Source: a virus (Duplodnaviria; Caudoviricetes). Taken from it: 56,908 nt of DNA. The notes beneath the pieces are model-generated. The model did not search any database, was not told the origin of the DNA, and worked only from the letters and a program-made list of their open reading frames with translations. The DNA lies in the IMG/VR virus record IMGVR_UViG_3300027881_000016, positions 1-56,908 of that record; one strand, given 5' to 3'. Below, one piece after another: positions 28,284-37,162 of this stretch; position 1 is the first letter of the stretch, and each line of letters opens with the position of its first letter. Position numbers and translations under genes: made by a program.

Positions 28284-30566
28284 TTACGCCTTCTTAGGCG
28301 GTTTTTTAGCGCTCTTTTTTCCAGCAGAGCTATCCTGGGCCTTGCTCTCTCCAAGTTTGAGTAAGGACTTCTGCAAATCAGTTCGTCCCTTGATACCGGC
28401 AATATTCCGGCTCGTCATGGACTCGATCTGCGCGATAGTCGTCATTGTACCCTCTTTTCCTTGTGCAATGCGAATTCTCGTCATCAAATCGTCTTGGTTC
28501 GTCTGGTACGCGGCGCCGATCTTCTCCATCTCGACCCGGGCCTCGGTACCGATACGAAGCTGGTCAATCTGCGGCTTAGCCATAGATTCTTGCGCATTGG
28601 CCTGCAATTTCTGCGCATTGGCCTGTCGCTCCATGGCAGACGCTTCTTTGTCCATAACCTCGGCCGCAAGCAGTCGCATCTGCAGCTGTTCCAGCTGTTG
28701 CTGCTTTATGAGCTCTTCTTCGGTCGGCGCGGCCATGCCTTGGATCTTCTTAATGACTTCGACCAAGTCCTTCTTGTCCGGATGCTGGCTGACTTCGACC
28801 AGTGCGTAATCTGGGATTTGCACCCCGATCTCGCGTAGCTGTAGCAACTGATCAAAAAGCGACTCCTGATACGTATCTCGCCGGGGTACGGACGTGATCG
28901 CAATCGAATACTCGCCAAGGGTAAGGTCGTTCTTGATGAACTCGATCGACTCTTGCGTATCTGGGTCCATGCCCTCCATTGGCTGGTTGACAGCTATCTC
29001 GCCTTGGATATCGTCACCGTCTTCATTCTTCTCGAAGACTTGTAGGAGACGCGTCTCTGTGTAGTAGCTCTGGATGATCTCCAGCATGATCTCGGCGCGG
29101 AACCTGCGCGTGAGCTCGAGATTGTCGAAGATGATTTCCTGCTGCGCCAGCCCGCCTTGTTTGCGTGCATCCAGCGCTTTACTCGAGTCCGATCGCTCCG
29201 ATCCGAGCTGTGCTTTGCTGACTCCGGATATCTCGTTGAAGAACATCCCGGCCTTGCTGCCAATCTCAGAAAGCCCGGTGGGGATCTGATTCGGCTGAAT
29301 CTTCTGGGGCATTTCTGCGCCCTGCGCGACTTCGAGCACGAGCCCAGTTTTTGAGCCCTGAGTAACTAAGTCATCACGATCCATGTTAATAAGTGACCCG
29401 GTCTGGAATACCCAGCCGGAGTTCGCAGTCGTATTAACAACGTGCAGCTCTTGCGACGTAACCTTGTTCAGCATGTCCTGCGGAGAGATCAGGTTGCGTA
29501 CAAGGCCGAATGGCCGACCGCGACGGAAGTACGGGAAGAACGGGATGATCGAAACTTGATCGAACAAACTCCATCCCTCGTGTAGGAGGATCTTGTCGGC
29601 CGTGATGCAGATCTTGATCCGGCGTTCCGGCTTCCACATGACCTCCAAGTCGTTCTGCATTGCAAACTCCTGCGAGCGCGCTGGCTCCCAGCCTTCTGGT
29701 ACACGGCGCATATCACCTGTTGGCCTGTCGATGAAGAACGCTGTGCGCGCCAAGCATCTATACTGGCGCTCGATAACACGGATGCGCTTGACCTTCTTGA
29801 TCTCGGGTTCGGACGCTTGGAAAAAGACTTCCGAATCATAGTGCGTGCCGCCGAAGTTCGGTGCTTCCCACTCAAGCGAGTCATGGCCGAATGTTCCGTT
29901 GCCAGCCGCAAGGTCAACCTTGTCTCTGAATTCTGGTCCGTACAACGCGCCGATTTCGTCGGGTGTCATCCAACGCGAAATAAATACTTCTGACCAAGTA
30001 CGCGGGTCGTAATCTTTCGCGCCTGGATCAAGAATGACGTCAGTCGGGTCTATGATCTCTTCCCGAATCTCGCCTTCAATGTTGTCGCTGAAATCTAGGT
30101 AGTAATAGACGTACCCGCGGTCTTGAATCAGACCGTCAGTGAACATCATCTTCTCTTTGTGTTCACTCTTGTTGTTCGTAGCAATTTGCTTGAACAGGAA
30201 GCGCAACGAATTCGCTGTCTCCTGACTAGCGCCCTTGCCCATAGGCTGGAATGAAATATCTTGTCGGGCTTTTATGTACTCGCCGACAACGGCATTCACC
30301 GTCGACAAGACCATATTGATTGTGTGTGCCGGCCGCTTCTGTGCTGCAAGCGTGGACTTCACTTCCTTGTCCCACTGATCGCCGAAATAGTACTCGTCGA
30401 ACTTGCGCGCCTCTTCTACCCAATCAAGGTGACCGGCGTCGCGCGCCCGTGTATACATCGTCCATTGTCTTTCGACTATGGCGTCTTCCTCAGAACCTTG
30501 TACTGGGACGTCAGTCGGTGTGAACTCTTCTACGGCATCTCCGCCGTAGATATTGACTTCTTTCAT
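28284..30566 (-). CDS. portal protein (P22-like)
   Basis: YYFGDQW...RP--TIN, DGLI--RG, PFFPY...G-V--L--PQD--NK, EISGV--A-LG motifs; follows TerL. Confidence 0.9.
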   Translation of the reverse strand: MKEVNIYGGDAVEEFTPTDVPVQGSEEDAIVERQWTMYTRARDAGHLDWVEEARKFDEYYFGDQWDKEVKSTLAAQKRPAHTINMVLSTVNAVVGEYIKARQDISFQPMGKGASQETANSLRFLFKQIATNNKSEHKEKMMFTDGLIQDRGYVYYYLDFSDNIEGEIREEIIDPTDVILDPGAKDYDPRTWSEVFISRWMTPDEIGALYGPEFRDKVDLAAGNGTFGHDSLEWEAPNFGGTHYDSEVFFQASEPEIKKVKRIRVIERQYRCLARTAFFIDRPTGDMRRVPEGWEPARSQEFAMQNDLEVMWKPERRIKICITADKILLHEGWSLFDQVSIIPFFPYFRRGRPFGLVRNLISPQDMLNKVTSQELHVVNTTANSGWVFQTGSLINMDRDDLVTQGSKTGLVLEVAQGAEMPQKIQPNQIPTGLSEIGSKAGMFFNEISGVSKAQLGSERSDSSKALDARKQGGLAQQEIIFDNLELTRRFRAEIMLEIIQSYYTETRLLQVFEKNEDGDDIQGEIAVNQPMEGMDPDTQESIEFIKNDLTLGEYSIAITSVPRRDTYQESLFDQLLQLREIGVQIPDYALVEVSQHPDKKDLVEVIKKIQGMAAPTEEELIKQQQLEQLQMRLLAAEVMDKEASAMERQANAQKLQANAQESMAKPQIDQLRIGTEARVEMEKIGAAYQTNQDDLMTRIRIAQGKEGTMTTIAQIESMTSRNIAGIKGRTDLQKSLLKLGESKAQDSSAGKKSAKKPPKKA

Positions 30567-30568
30567 GT

Positions 30569-32365
30569 TTATGCCGCCATTGCGTTATCGCTGCTTTTGT
30601 TACCGGTTACGTAACCAGCTAGCTTCTTCTTCCACCCTTCGCCTTTGCTTTTCGGCTTACCAGCTCCAGAGTGAGATTTGCCAGCTATCATTTTGCCAAT
30701 CCACGCAGCGGCGTCCACGCGGTCGTCTTTTACACCGGATGGGAAGCGCAACAACTCGTTCATGTAGTCGTCAACCCACAGAGCACCTTCTGGCCAAAAC
30801 ACTTTTCCGTGCGCCATCATGCCCTGAATAATGCGCGCTCGTAGCTCCTTGTCCTGCTTGCCGGGTGGGAGCTCGTCTACGAACAAGTCGTAGATCTTCT
30901 CTTCCCGCATGCGATTCTCAAGGAACGTGTCAATAGTAAGCGATATCTGCCCTTTTTCCAAGCCAAACTGTCGTGGATGGTGTTTCCTGTGGATCTCAAA
31001 CATGACATCGATGATCTCTTTGGCATCCCACCGCCCACGGTATTCTTCTATGATGTAGATGTTTCCATCAGCGGCCAGGCCGGCAACAAGGAACACAGTC
31101 CAGTCAGCGTGGTCCTTCTTAGAGATAGCAAGGTCTCCAGCGCAGTATATGTCCAAAAACTCGGGTGGTGCGCCTTTGTACATCCGGAAGTGCTTCTTCT
31201 GAAAGTAAGCGCCTTCCTCGACCTGCGGATTCTGCTGATAGAGGGCCGCGAAGTCGCGAGGGGCTAGCGCGCGTTTAATTTTGCGCAGCGCTTTGAGCGA
31301 ATAACGCTCTGGATGCAAAGCCTCACCTTTGAGGCGATACGCTTCATCCTGCGTTGCGATCGCGGGAAAATCAATCACCTTCCAGCGGTCAGCGTCTTCC
31401 GGCCACTCGCCATCTTCCGAAGTGAGCATCTCTTTCTCGGCTTCGCGCATCTCATTGAGCAACCAACCGGATAAGTCGTCATCATGCCATCGCGTCTGGA
31501 TAATCAGGATGCCAGCACCGGGAGCCAGCCGGGTGTAGGCCGTTGAACTATACCAAGACTTCGCTGTCTCCCGGATAGTCTGGGACTCAGCCTCGTCGCG
31601 GTTTTTGACGGGGTCGTCGATAAGAAAAATGTGCGCGCCGCGCCCGGTTATCGGGCCGCCGACGCCGGCCGCCAACACACCGCCACCGGTTCGCTTCTCC
31701 TTGTCATAGTCGAAGAGCGACCAGCGCTCAACGGCTTCATTCTTCTTGGTAACACCAAGGTTACCGAACAGTAGGTGGTAATCCGGCGTACGAATCAATT
31801 CCTGGATTTTGCGCGAAAAGTCCATCTGCAAGGACTGCGCGTACGACGTATTAATGAACTCGTGGTGCGGGTGATTCCCAAGATGCCATGCCGGGTAGTA
31901 CTGCGACGCGATCATGGACTTGCCATGCCGGGGCGGCACGGTAATCATCAGTCGAGGCGACTCCTCGGCGATAACATCCTCGGAAAACTGCATCAGGGCC
32001 TCACAGATCATCTTGTGGACCCATCCGGCCTTGTAATTGGGCTCATAGCGCTTGATGAAGGCCAACAAATAGCGTTTTGCGAGCTCGCGCTTGTAAACTT
32101 CCTGCTGAGCCTGCTTTTCCCGGGTCAATGCGCGCGTTTTGGCCCTCTGCGGCTCCCTTTTCTTCGCCGCGCGCCGGTGTGTCGGCGCCTGCCGTGCTTT
32201 TCGGCGCTTCGTCGCGGCCTTTTTGGCGGTTTCTTGGGTGGCCGCGAGCAATTTCTTGCCTTCCCGGTCAATGCACTCGATGCATTCGTCGGTATCGGAG
32301 TAGTGAGACGTGTCCTTCTCACATTTCTCGCATTTAGCTCGGTGCGTCGCGCCCATCTTCACCAT
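30569..32365 (-). CDS. terL: terminase large subunit
   Basis: PPRHGKS Walker A, ITGRGA..IDDP-K, QTRWH-DDL-G, ALYQQ-P, FPSG--DD-VDA nuclease motif. Confidence 0.95.
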   Translation of the reverse strand: MVKMGATHRAKCEKCEKDTSHYSDTDECIECIDREGKKLLAATQETAKKAATKRRKARQAPTHRRAAKKREPQRAKTRALTREKQAQQEVYKRELAKRYLLAFIKRYEPNYKAGWVHKMICEALMQFSEDVIAEESPRLMITVPPRHGKSMIASQYYPAWHLGNHPHHEFINTSYAQSLQMDFSRKIQELIRTPDYHLLFGNLGVTKKNEAVERWSLFDYDKEKRTGGGVLAAGVGGPITGRGAHIFLIDDPVKNRDEAESQTIRETAKSWYSSTAYTRLAPGAGILIIQTRWHDDDLSGWLLNEMREAEKEMLTSEDGEWPEDADRWKVIDFPAIATQDEAYRLKGEALHPERYSLKALRKIKRALAPRDFAALYQQNPQVEEGAYFQKKHFRMYKGAPPEFLDIYCAGDLAISKKDHADWTVFLVAGLAADGNIYIIEEYRGRWDAKEIIDVMFEIHRKHHPRQFGLEKGQISLTIDTFLENRMREEKIYDLFVDELPPGKQDKELRARIIQGMMAHGKVFWPEGALWVDDYMNELLRFPSGVKDDRVDAAAWIGKMIAGKSHSGAGKPKSKGEGWKKKLAGYVTGNKSSDNAMAA

Positions 32366-32825
32366 TCTCGATCAATTTCGGTGGATCCACGACCCGGAAC
32401 TCGCCCTCAAGCGTCAAATCCTCCATATCCGCCAATTTCATAAGCTGCTCCAGCGGCATACGATCGAGCTCGAGCAAATGCTGGTGCTGATGCTCTACCG
32501 TCACCGGTACCGGCTTGGCGAGCCCGTGCAGCTTGATCATTTCCCGCACAGCGGCGATCTGCTCCATGGCAGTGTCGGCGTTGATGAAAGCCTGCATGAG
32601 CATGTCGTGTGCTTCCTTGCGCCCGAAGTCGACCTCCTCAGAGATCTTGTCCATGCGCTTGACCATCTCTTTGCGCACGTTCTCGTTCTTCTCGAATTTA
32701 GCACCGTTCTTGCTCGGATTGGCACAGCCGGCAGCGGCCGCGGACGCGGTTATACTCATGCCACTCAACCGCGAGTCGACGTAGATCTGCTGCTTGGTGG
32801 TGAGCTTAGTTGAGGATGATGTCAC
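32334..32825 (-). CDS. terS: terminase small subunit
   Basis: LTTKQQIYV...AAAAAG HTH-like N-terminus; directly upstream of TerL; GTG start inferred. Confidence 0.7.
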   Translation of the reverse strand: MTSSSTKLTTKQQIYVDSRLSGMSITASAAAAGCANPSKNGAKFEKNENVRKEMVKRMDKISEEVDFGRKEAHDMLMQAFINADTAMEQIAAVREMIKLHGLAKPVPVTVEHQHQHLLELDRMPLEQLMKLADMEDLTLEGEFRVVDPPKLIENGEDGRDAPS

Positions 32826-33096
32826 TGCTCTTCTCTGCTGCAGCTCTGTGCTGCTCCTGCATGTCGAACAGGTCCTGCACATCACTCAACAGCTTCGCCA
32901 TAATAGTGCTGGCAGTCTCATGCTCACCGCGAATGAAAATAGCCAGACGCGTATCGAGCGGCGACTGGTCAATAGTAACCGGCATGACTTGTACAGCACC
33001 GCCGGATATGTCGATGAACTCAAACACCTGGCTTATAGTAGGGTCGTCAGGCAGGTTGTTTTTCTGGGGGGTTGCTTCTTCTTCCGTCATGGTCAT
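32806..33096 (-). CDS. hypothetical protein
   Basis: 96-aa ORF overlapping neighbours. Confidence 0.65.
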   Translation of the reverse strand: MTMTEEEATPQKNNLPDDPTISQVFEFIDISGGAVQVMPVTIDQSPLDTRLAIFIRGEHETASTIMAKLLSDVQDLFDMQEQHRAAAEKSSDIILN

Positions 33097-33662
33097 TCCT
33101 CTATGTCATACTTCTTGAAGAGTTCCTGTAGCTCAGCCTTTACTTCCGGGTGAGAATAGTAGCCTTGTTGTTCTATAGTGTGCAAGCGATGACAGTTGGA
33201 ACACAGTATACGGCACTTACGTACCTCCTGTCGAAGCGCTTCGCTTGACCACGCGTATCCTTTGGACAGTATCTGCGCAATGGTGAAACTCTTAGTGCTC
33301 GGATCCAAGTGGTCAAACTCAAGCAAACGCGGGTCGCGCTCCCCACATTTCTGACACCCCTTGTCGGCGGCGTAGCGCAAACAGAGTATCCGTGCCCGTC
33401 GGCGGGCACACCTTTTTTGTTGTGCGGCGTTCTCATGTATGCGCGGCCGGCCGAGCGTCTTGCCCTCCGGCGCTACCCAATTAGGGTCGGCGACCCGGGC
33501 GTTACGCACGCCACGGCAGTCATTGCATTCCGGTCGGTAGCCGCGGGGGTCGGAGGCAGGGAACGTGCCCCGCTTCACCTTAAGAGTGAAACGGGTCAGG
33601 TTCTTGTTCCCGCGGCAGCGCGAACAGACCTTATAACTGTTCTTGCGCAGCTTACCCGGCAT
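33093..33662 (-). CDS. HNH endonuclease
   Basis: CQKCG...LEFDHLDP...C-ILCSNCHR-HT; extra N-terminal CxxC pairs; near terminase. Confidence 0.85.
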   Translation of the reverse strand: MPGKLRKNSYKVCSRCRGNKNLTRFTLKVKRGTFPASDPRGYRPECNDCRGVRNARVADPNWVAPEGKTLGRPRIHENAAQQKRCARRRARILCLRYAADKGCQKCGERDPRLLEFDHLDPSTKSFTIAQILSKGYAWSSEALRQEVRKCRILCSNCHRLHTIEQQGYYSHPEVKAELQELFKKYDIEE

Positions 33663-33976
33663 CAGGTGCGGCTGTCGATGTCCTTGCCAACCCGGTTCAT
33701 GTAGCCGAAGTCACCACCGCGAATCTGTGCTGATACGGAGTACTCTTCCCACATCTTGATCAGCATATTTATCGGGTGTTGGTCAGCAGCACAGGCGAGG
33801 TGCAAAACTTCTTTCGCCCCCGGCATACTGAACGGCCAGATGCGGTATATGAAGTCGCCCTCGCCTACGACATTTTTACCGGCCGATTCAGGGATAATGC
33901 GCATCCTGCCAGCTTCCGGTCCGCCAATAAATCCGACCTTTCGTCCTACTTTGATATTTTTGCTCATCCGAAACAC
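33662..33976 (-). CDS. hypothetical protein
   Basis: 104-aa ORF with FIGGP-AG motif. Confidence 0.6.
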   Translation of the reverse strand: MFRMSKNIKVGRKVGFIGGPEAGRMRIIPESAGKNVVGEGDFIYRIWPFSMPGAKEVLHLACAADQHPINMLIKMWEEYSVSAQIRGGDFGYMNRVGKDIDSRT

Positions 33977-34001
33977 CCTGATCCTTTTCTCTTTTTAGTT
34001 C

Positions 34002-34367
34002 TTACAGGCTGATTACAAAGTTCGTAGGGGACCCCGGGGTACGTGGCCCCACAGTAAAATTTTCAGTGTTACTTGGCCCCGACTCCTCCCCGTTAAGCGC
34101 TGTGACCGTCAGGTGACAGACGTGCGTGCCCTCGCCGAGCGGCGCAAAGTCCACCACTCGGCTGTGCGTACCGATGATACTGTCGAGAATCACAAACGGC
34201 TCTGCAGCGCCATTGCAGTACATACTGTAAAAGTCCAAGTCCTGCTCCAGCAACTCGTCGCCATTCTCCCACTCCGTGGGTGGTACGAATGATATTGAGA
34301 AGTCCAGCGCAAGCGTTAACGATGCCAGCAGCAACACCACCGCTGTGGCTACCACAGGTTTGTTCAT
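34002..34367 (-). CDS. exported fibronectin type III-like protein
   Basis: Sec signal MNKPVVATAVVLLLASLTLA; PPT---NG--L, VTALNG-ESGPSN, P--P-NF. Confidence 0.7.
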   Translation of the reverse strand: MNKPVVATAVVLLLASLTLALDFSISFVPPTEWENGDELLEQDLDFYSMYCNGAAEPFVILDSIIGTHSRVVDFAPLGEGTHVCHLTVTALNGEESGPSNTENFTVGPRTPGSPTNFVISL

Positions 34368-34588
34368 AGCAGGTTCTCCATGATGCATTGATCCAACTTG
34401 CTATTGTACCATTTGCGTAAGAGCTCCTGATGCTTCGCACGGACGCTATCGGGCGCTGGGCGATATCTTGTCCGAGGTTTTGTAACACTAGCTGTAGCAC
34501 TAGGTGCTATAGCACTCGGTAACTTAGTGACTATGACCGCAGCTACGGAGGCGGCTGCGAGTCCACGCAGAAATCCGCGGCGATTCAC
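34364..34588 (-). CDS. small protein with twin-arginine (Tat) signal
   Basis: GTG start, NRRGFLRGLAAASVAAV. Confidence 0.6.
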   Translation of the reverse strand: MNRRGFLRGLAAASVAAVIVTKLPSAIAPSATASVTKPRTRYRPAPDSVRAKHQELLRKWYNSKLDQCIMENLL

Positions 34589-34676
34589 AACACCATCCAG
34601 AAGAACAGCGCCAGGCACACGATCCAGATGAAGGCTTCGAAGAAGGGACTTGGTGACTTAGTGCTAAGTGACCCTG

Positions 34677-34868
34677 TCACTCAGTGATACCCTTAACGGC
34701 CCACATCACGGCCTCCTCGAGTTTGGCCGCGGCCATATCTGACTCGCGTTTGCCGATGTCGAGCATGCAGTACAACTCGAAGGCCTTGTTCTTGATATTG
34801 TCGATGCGATCTTTCTCGCTGGGATTGAGTTCCCGGTACTCGGGACGGAAGGGGTTGGATCGTGGCAT
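34677..34868 (-). CDS. Acb2/Tad1-like hairpin protein (candidate immune-signal sponge)
   Basis: YRELNPSEKDRIDNIK and RE--MA-AKLEEAVMWAVKGI motifs; AAGGAG RBS. Confidence 0.65.
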   Translation of the reverse strand: MPRSNPFRPEYRELNPSEKDRIDNIKNKAFELYCMLDIGKRESDMAAAKLEEAVMWAVKGITE

Positions 34869-35345
34869 GATAAATGCTCCTTGGCTATTGCGTGGAAATA
34901 GGCGCTTTAACGCACCATAAGTGGGTTAAAGTACGATAAATCAATCACTATAGTGATCTGGGCGTAAATTTTTGTTAGAAAAATATAGCGTTTTTCTAAC
35001 AGATTTCTGTCATTACAGAAATTACTGAAAGGACAGACTTATTCCCGGACGACCAGCGTCGTAGAATGGGGCTATCATACCTGACGGGGATATCATATGC
35101 AAATGTGGAAAAAAGTGACGACCAGCAGGTAGGGGTGGTACTAAGTGACTCCGTCACTTGGCACTTCGTGACTGAAAACTCAGTCACTAAGCGCCGAGAA
35201 TCTGAACCATCAGACTGCCAAGGAACCTTCCCAGCCTGACAGAAATTCTAAGCGCTTTAATGACTTAGGGTCAAGAGCGAAGTGACTCAGTTCCTGAGTT
35301 ACTTGGTGACACAGTAGTACTACGTACTACCGAACCAAAAACAAA
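34869..35345. promoter_or_regulatory. non-coding divergence region between arms with clustered GTGAC/GTCAC motifs (candidate genome end/packaging/control region)
   Basis: Strand switch; no credible ORF; repeated AGTGAC/GTCACT and palindromes. Confidence 0.55.
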
Positions 35346-35346
35346 A

Positions 35347-35369
35347 CGACTGCTTACGCAGTCGGTGCC
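35347..35369 (+). repeat. early-region hairpin repeat 1 (left arm truncated)
   Basis: CGACTGC-TTAC-GCAGTCG-GTGCC. Confidence 0.8.
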
Positions 35370-35405
35370 TAGAGCTCAGTGTCTTTAACGTAAGTGGAGT
35401 ACATC

Positions 35406-35714
35406 ATGAGCATCTACACCGTGTTAGCTTCGATGGGCATCGAGATCGACGGCGAGATCGTGGACATCCAAGAGATGGGCGAGTACGGCACGTTCGACGA
35501 CGCCATGCGCGCATGCGTCGAGTTCTGGAACACGTCGGACGCCATCCATCCTGACATCGGCAGCTGGGTCGAGTCCTCCAAGGGCGACACCAAGTACTAC
35601 CCTGAAGACTACTGTCTTCAGGACGGTGTGCTCGTCATTGGCCGCACCAATGACTCGCAAGAAGCCGAAGACCATGCCGAGTTCCTCGCCATGTCCTACG
35701 GCGCACCGTTCTAG
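35406..35714 (+). CDS. acidic hypothetical early protein
   Basis: GGAG RBS, ATG 35406, C-ending codon bias. Confidence 0.75.
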   Translation: MSIYTVLASMGIEIDGEIVDIQEMGEYGTFDDAMRACVEFWNTSDAIHPDIGSWVESSKGDTKYYPEDYCLQDGVLVIGRTNDSQEAEDHAEFLAMSYGAPF

Positions 35715-35721
35715 TCACCAT

Positions 35722-35755
35722 CTGGGCATCAACCGCTTACGCGGTTGGTGCTCAG
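35722..35755 (+). repeat. early-region hairpin repeat 2
   Basis: CTGGGCATCAACCGC-TTAC-GCGGTTGGTGCTCAG. Confidence 0.95.
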
Positions 35756-35789
35756 TTCTCGGTGTCATTCACCTCAACTGGAGTAAGCC

Positions 35790-36080
35790 ATTACACCTGA
35801 CCGCAACGAGGCGTCGAAACGCTTATGCTCGCCCCTCACACTCGAAGATGGTCTCATCATCGAGCGTGCCGCTTATCGCCGCAATGGCGAGTCCCTCGCC
35901 ATTCTCGCTTCCATGATCTACGCCGGCAACGCCGACGCATACATCATGAGCGAGCGCGTCGAGATTGCTGCCTGCGACCGTTGGTCAGCAGAGCAAGCTA
36001 TGCGCGAAGAGCTCGAAGATCAAGAACGTTGGGATTGCCAGTACGGCTGGGATCCCGCTGACGACTGCTACTCCGAGTAG
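35790..36080 (+). CDS. hypothetical early protein (96 aa) with apparent ATT start
   Basis: GGAG-TAAGCC-ATT; open frame ITPDRNEASKRLCSPLTLEDGLII...DCYSE* with neighbour-like codon bias; in-frame TAA just upstream. Confidence 0.6.
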   Translation: MTPDRNEASKRLCSPLTLEDGLIIERAAYRRNGESLAILASMIYAGNADAYIMSERVEIAACDRWSAEQAMREELEDQERWDCQYGWDPADDCYSE

Positions 36081-36086
36081 CATGCT

Positions 36087-36120
36087 CTGGGCATCAACCG
36101 CTTACGCGGTTGGTGCTCAG
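36087..36120 (+). repeat. early-region hairpin repeat 3
   Basis: Identical to repeat 2 over 34 nt. Confidence 0.95.
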
Positions 36121-36153
36121 TCTTTATTGTCTTTTAACTGAAGGAGTAGCACC

Positions 36154-36441
36154 GTGGCACATTTCTTGAAGATCAGTAGCATCGAACTTTTCCAGTCCCC
36201 GATGCACGAAGAGAACGGCGTGTCTATTGGCGACAATGACACATACCTCTTGTCCAGGACCGCTGCCGCAGTCCTGAACAAAGCTCGCCCAGCTGGCCGC
36301 AGCTTCACTGCTAACAGCTGGACCAACAAGAAGTGGTTTGACAAGTTCGTCAAACACACTTCTTTCCGTCCTGAGTACATTCTCTTTGCCCGTGGCAAAG
36401 TGAATCAGGACCGTTGGTATGCTCGCGCCATCTCGTTCTAA
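36154..36441 (+). CDS. hypothetical early protein
   Basis: AAGGAG RBS, GTG start. Confidence 0.75.
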   Translation: MAHFLKISSIELFQSPMHEENGVSIGDNDTYLLSRTAAAVLNKARPAGRSFTANSWTNKKWFDKFVKHTSFRPEYILFARGKVNQDRWYARAISF

Positions 36442-36448
36442 CCACTCG

Positions 36449-36482
36449 TTGGGTATCGACCGCTTACGCGGTCGGTGCCCAA
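36449..36482 (+). repeat. early-region hairpin repeat 4
   Basis: TTGGGTATCGACCGC-TTAC-GCGGTCGGTGCCCAA. Confidence 0.95.
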
Positions 36483-36516
36483 TGTTCATTGTCTTTCACA
36501 CTGAATGGAGATAGTC

Positions 36517-36807
36517 ATGGATATGATCACCCAAGGATTCATAGCAGCGGCCACAGTCCTGTGGCTCCTTAGCTACATTGGGTTCCGCAAAGTGTTCCAC
36601 TTTGCGTTTCTGGTCGACGTTGTTTGCACCGGCACGTTCGTATTCGCCTTTGCAGGCTCATACGCCGGCATGATGACTGGCGTCATCGCCGGACTCATGG
36701 TCTCGATGTTCATCAAGACCGGTCGTGCCGTTGCCGGCTCGCTCAAGCCTTCGCTTGTGCGCGCCAAAGGCAACGTCCTCCCAACCCTCGTTTGGGTCAA
36801 GAGCTAA
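36517..36807 (+). CDS. small integral membrane protein
   Basis: GGAG RBS; three hydrophobic segments. Confidence 0.75.
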   Translation: MDMITQGFIAAATVLWLLSYIGFRKVFHFAFLVDVVCTGTFVFAFAGSYAGMMTGVIAGLMVSMFIKTGRAVAGSLKPSLVRAKGNVLPTLVWVKS

Positions 36808-36813
36808 CCCCCC

Positions 36814-36851
36814 GATTGGGCATCAATCGCTTACGCGATTGGTGCTCAGTC
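36814..36851 (+). repeat. early-region hairpin repeat 5
   Basis: GATTGGGCATCAATCGC-TTAC-GCGATTGGTGCTCAGTC. Confidence 0.95.
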
Positions 36852-36880
36852 TTTATTGTCTTTTCTACAAGGAGTACAGC

Positions 36881-37162
36881 ATGAACAGCAACGCAATGTT
36901 CCTCATTTACCTCGCAGAGCTAATTCGGATATGGCTGCGTTGGCTCATCATTGGCGCGATCATCATGGTAGTGATGTTCGGCTTTGGGCCTGCCGGCGCC
37001 TTCAGCTCTTGGTTCGCATACCACGGCTTCGTCGCTTGCGCCGGCGCCGCTACCTACACCGGCATGGTTGCCGACGTAGGCTACATGATAGGCAAGGCTG
37101 CCTATCGTGGTATCCGCAAGGGCGTAGGCTTCTTCGGTGAGCTCGTCGAGACGGCCTCGTGA
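36881..37162 (+). CDS. small membrane protein
   Basis: AAGGAG RBS, MNSNAMF start, hydrophobic helices. Confidence 0.75.
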   Translation: MNSNAMFLIYLAELIRIWLRWLIIGAIIMVVMFGFGPAGAFSSWFAYHGFVACAGAATYTGMVADVGYMIGKAAYRGIRKGVGFFGELVETAS

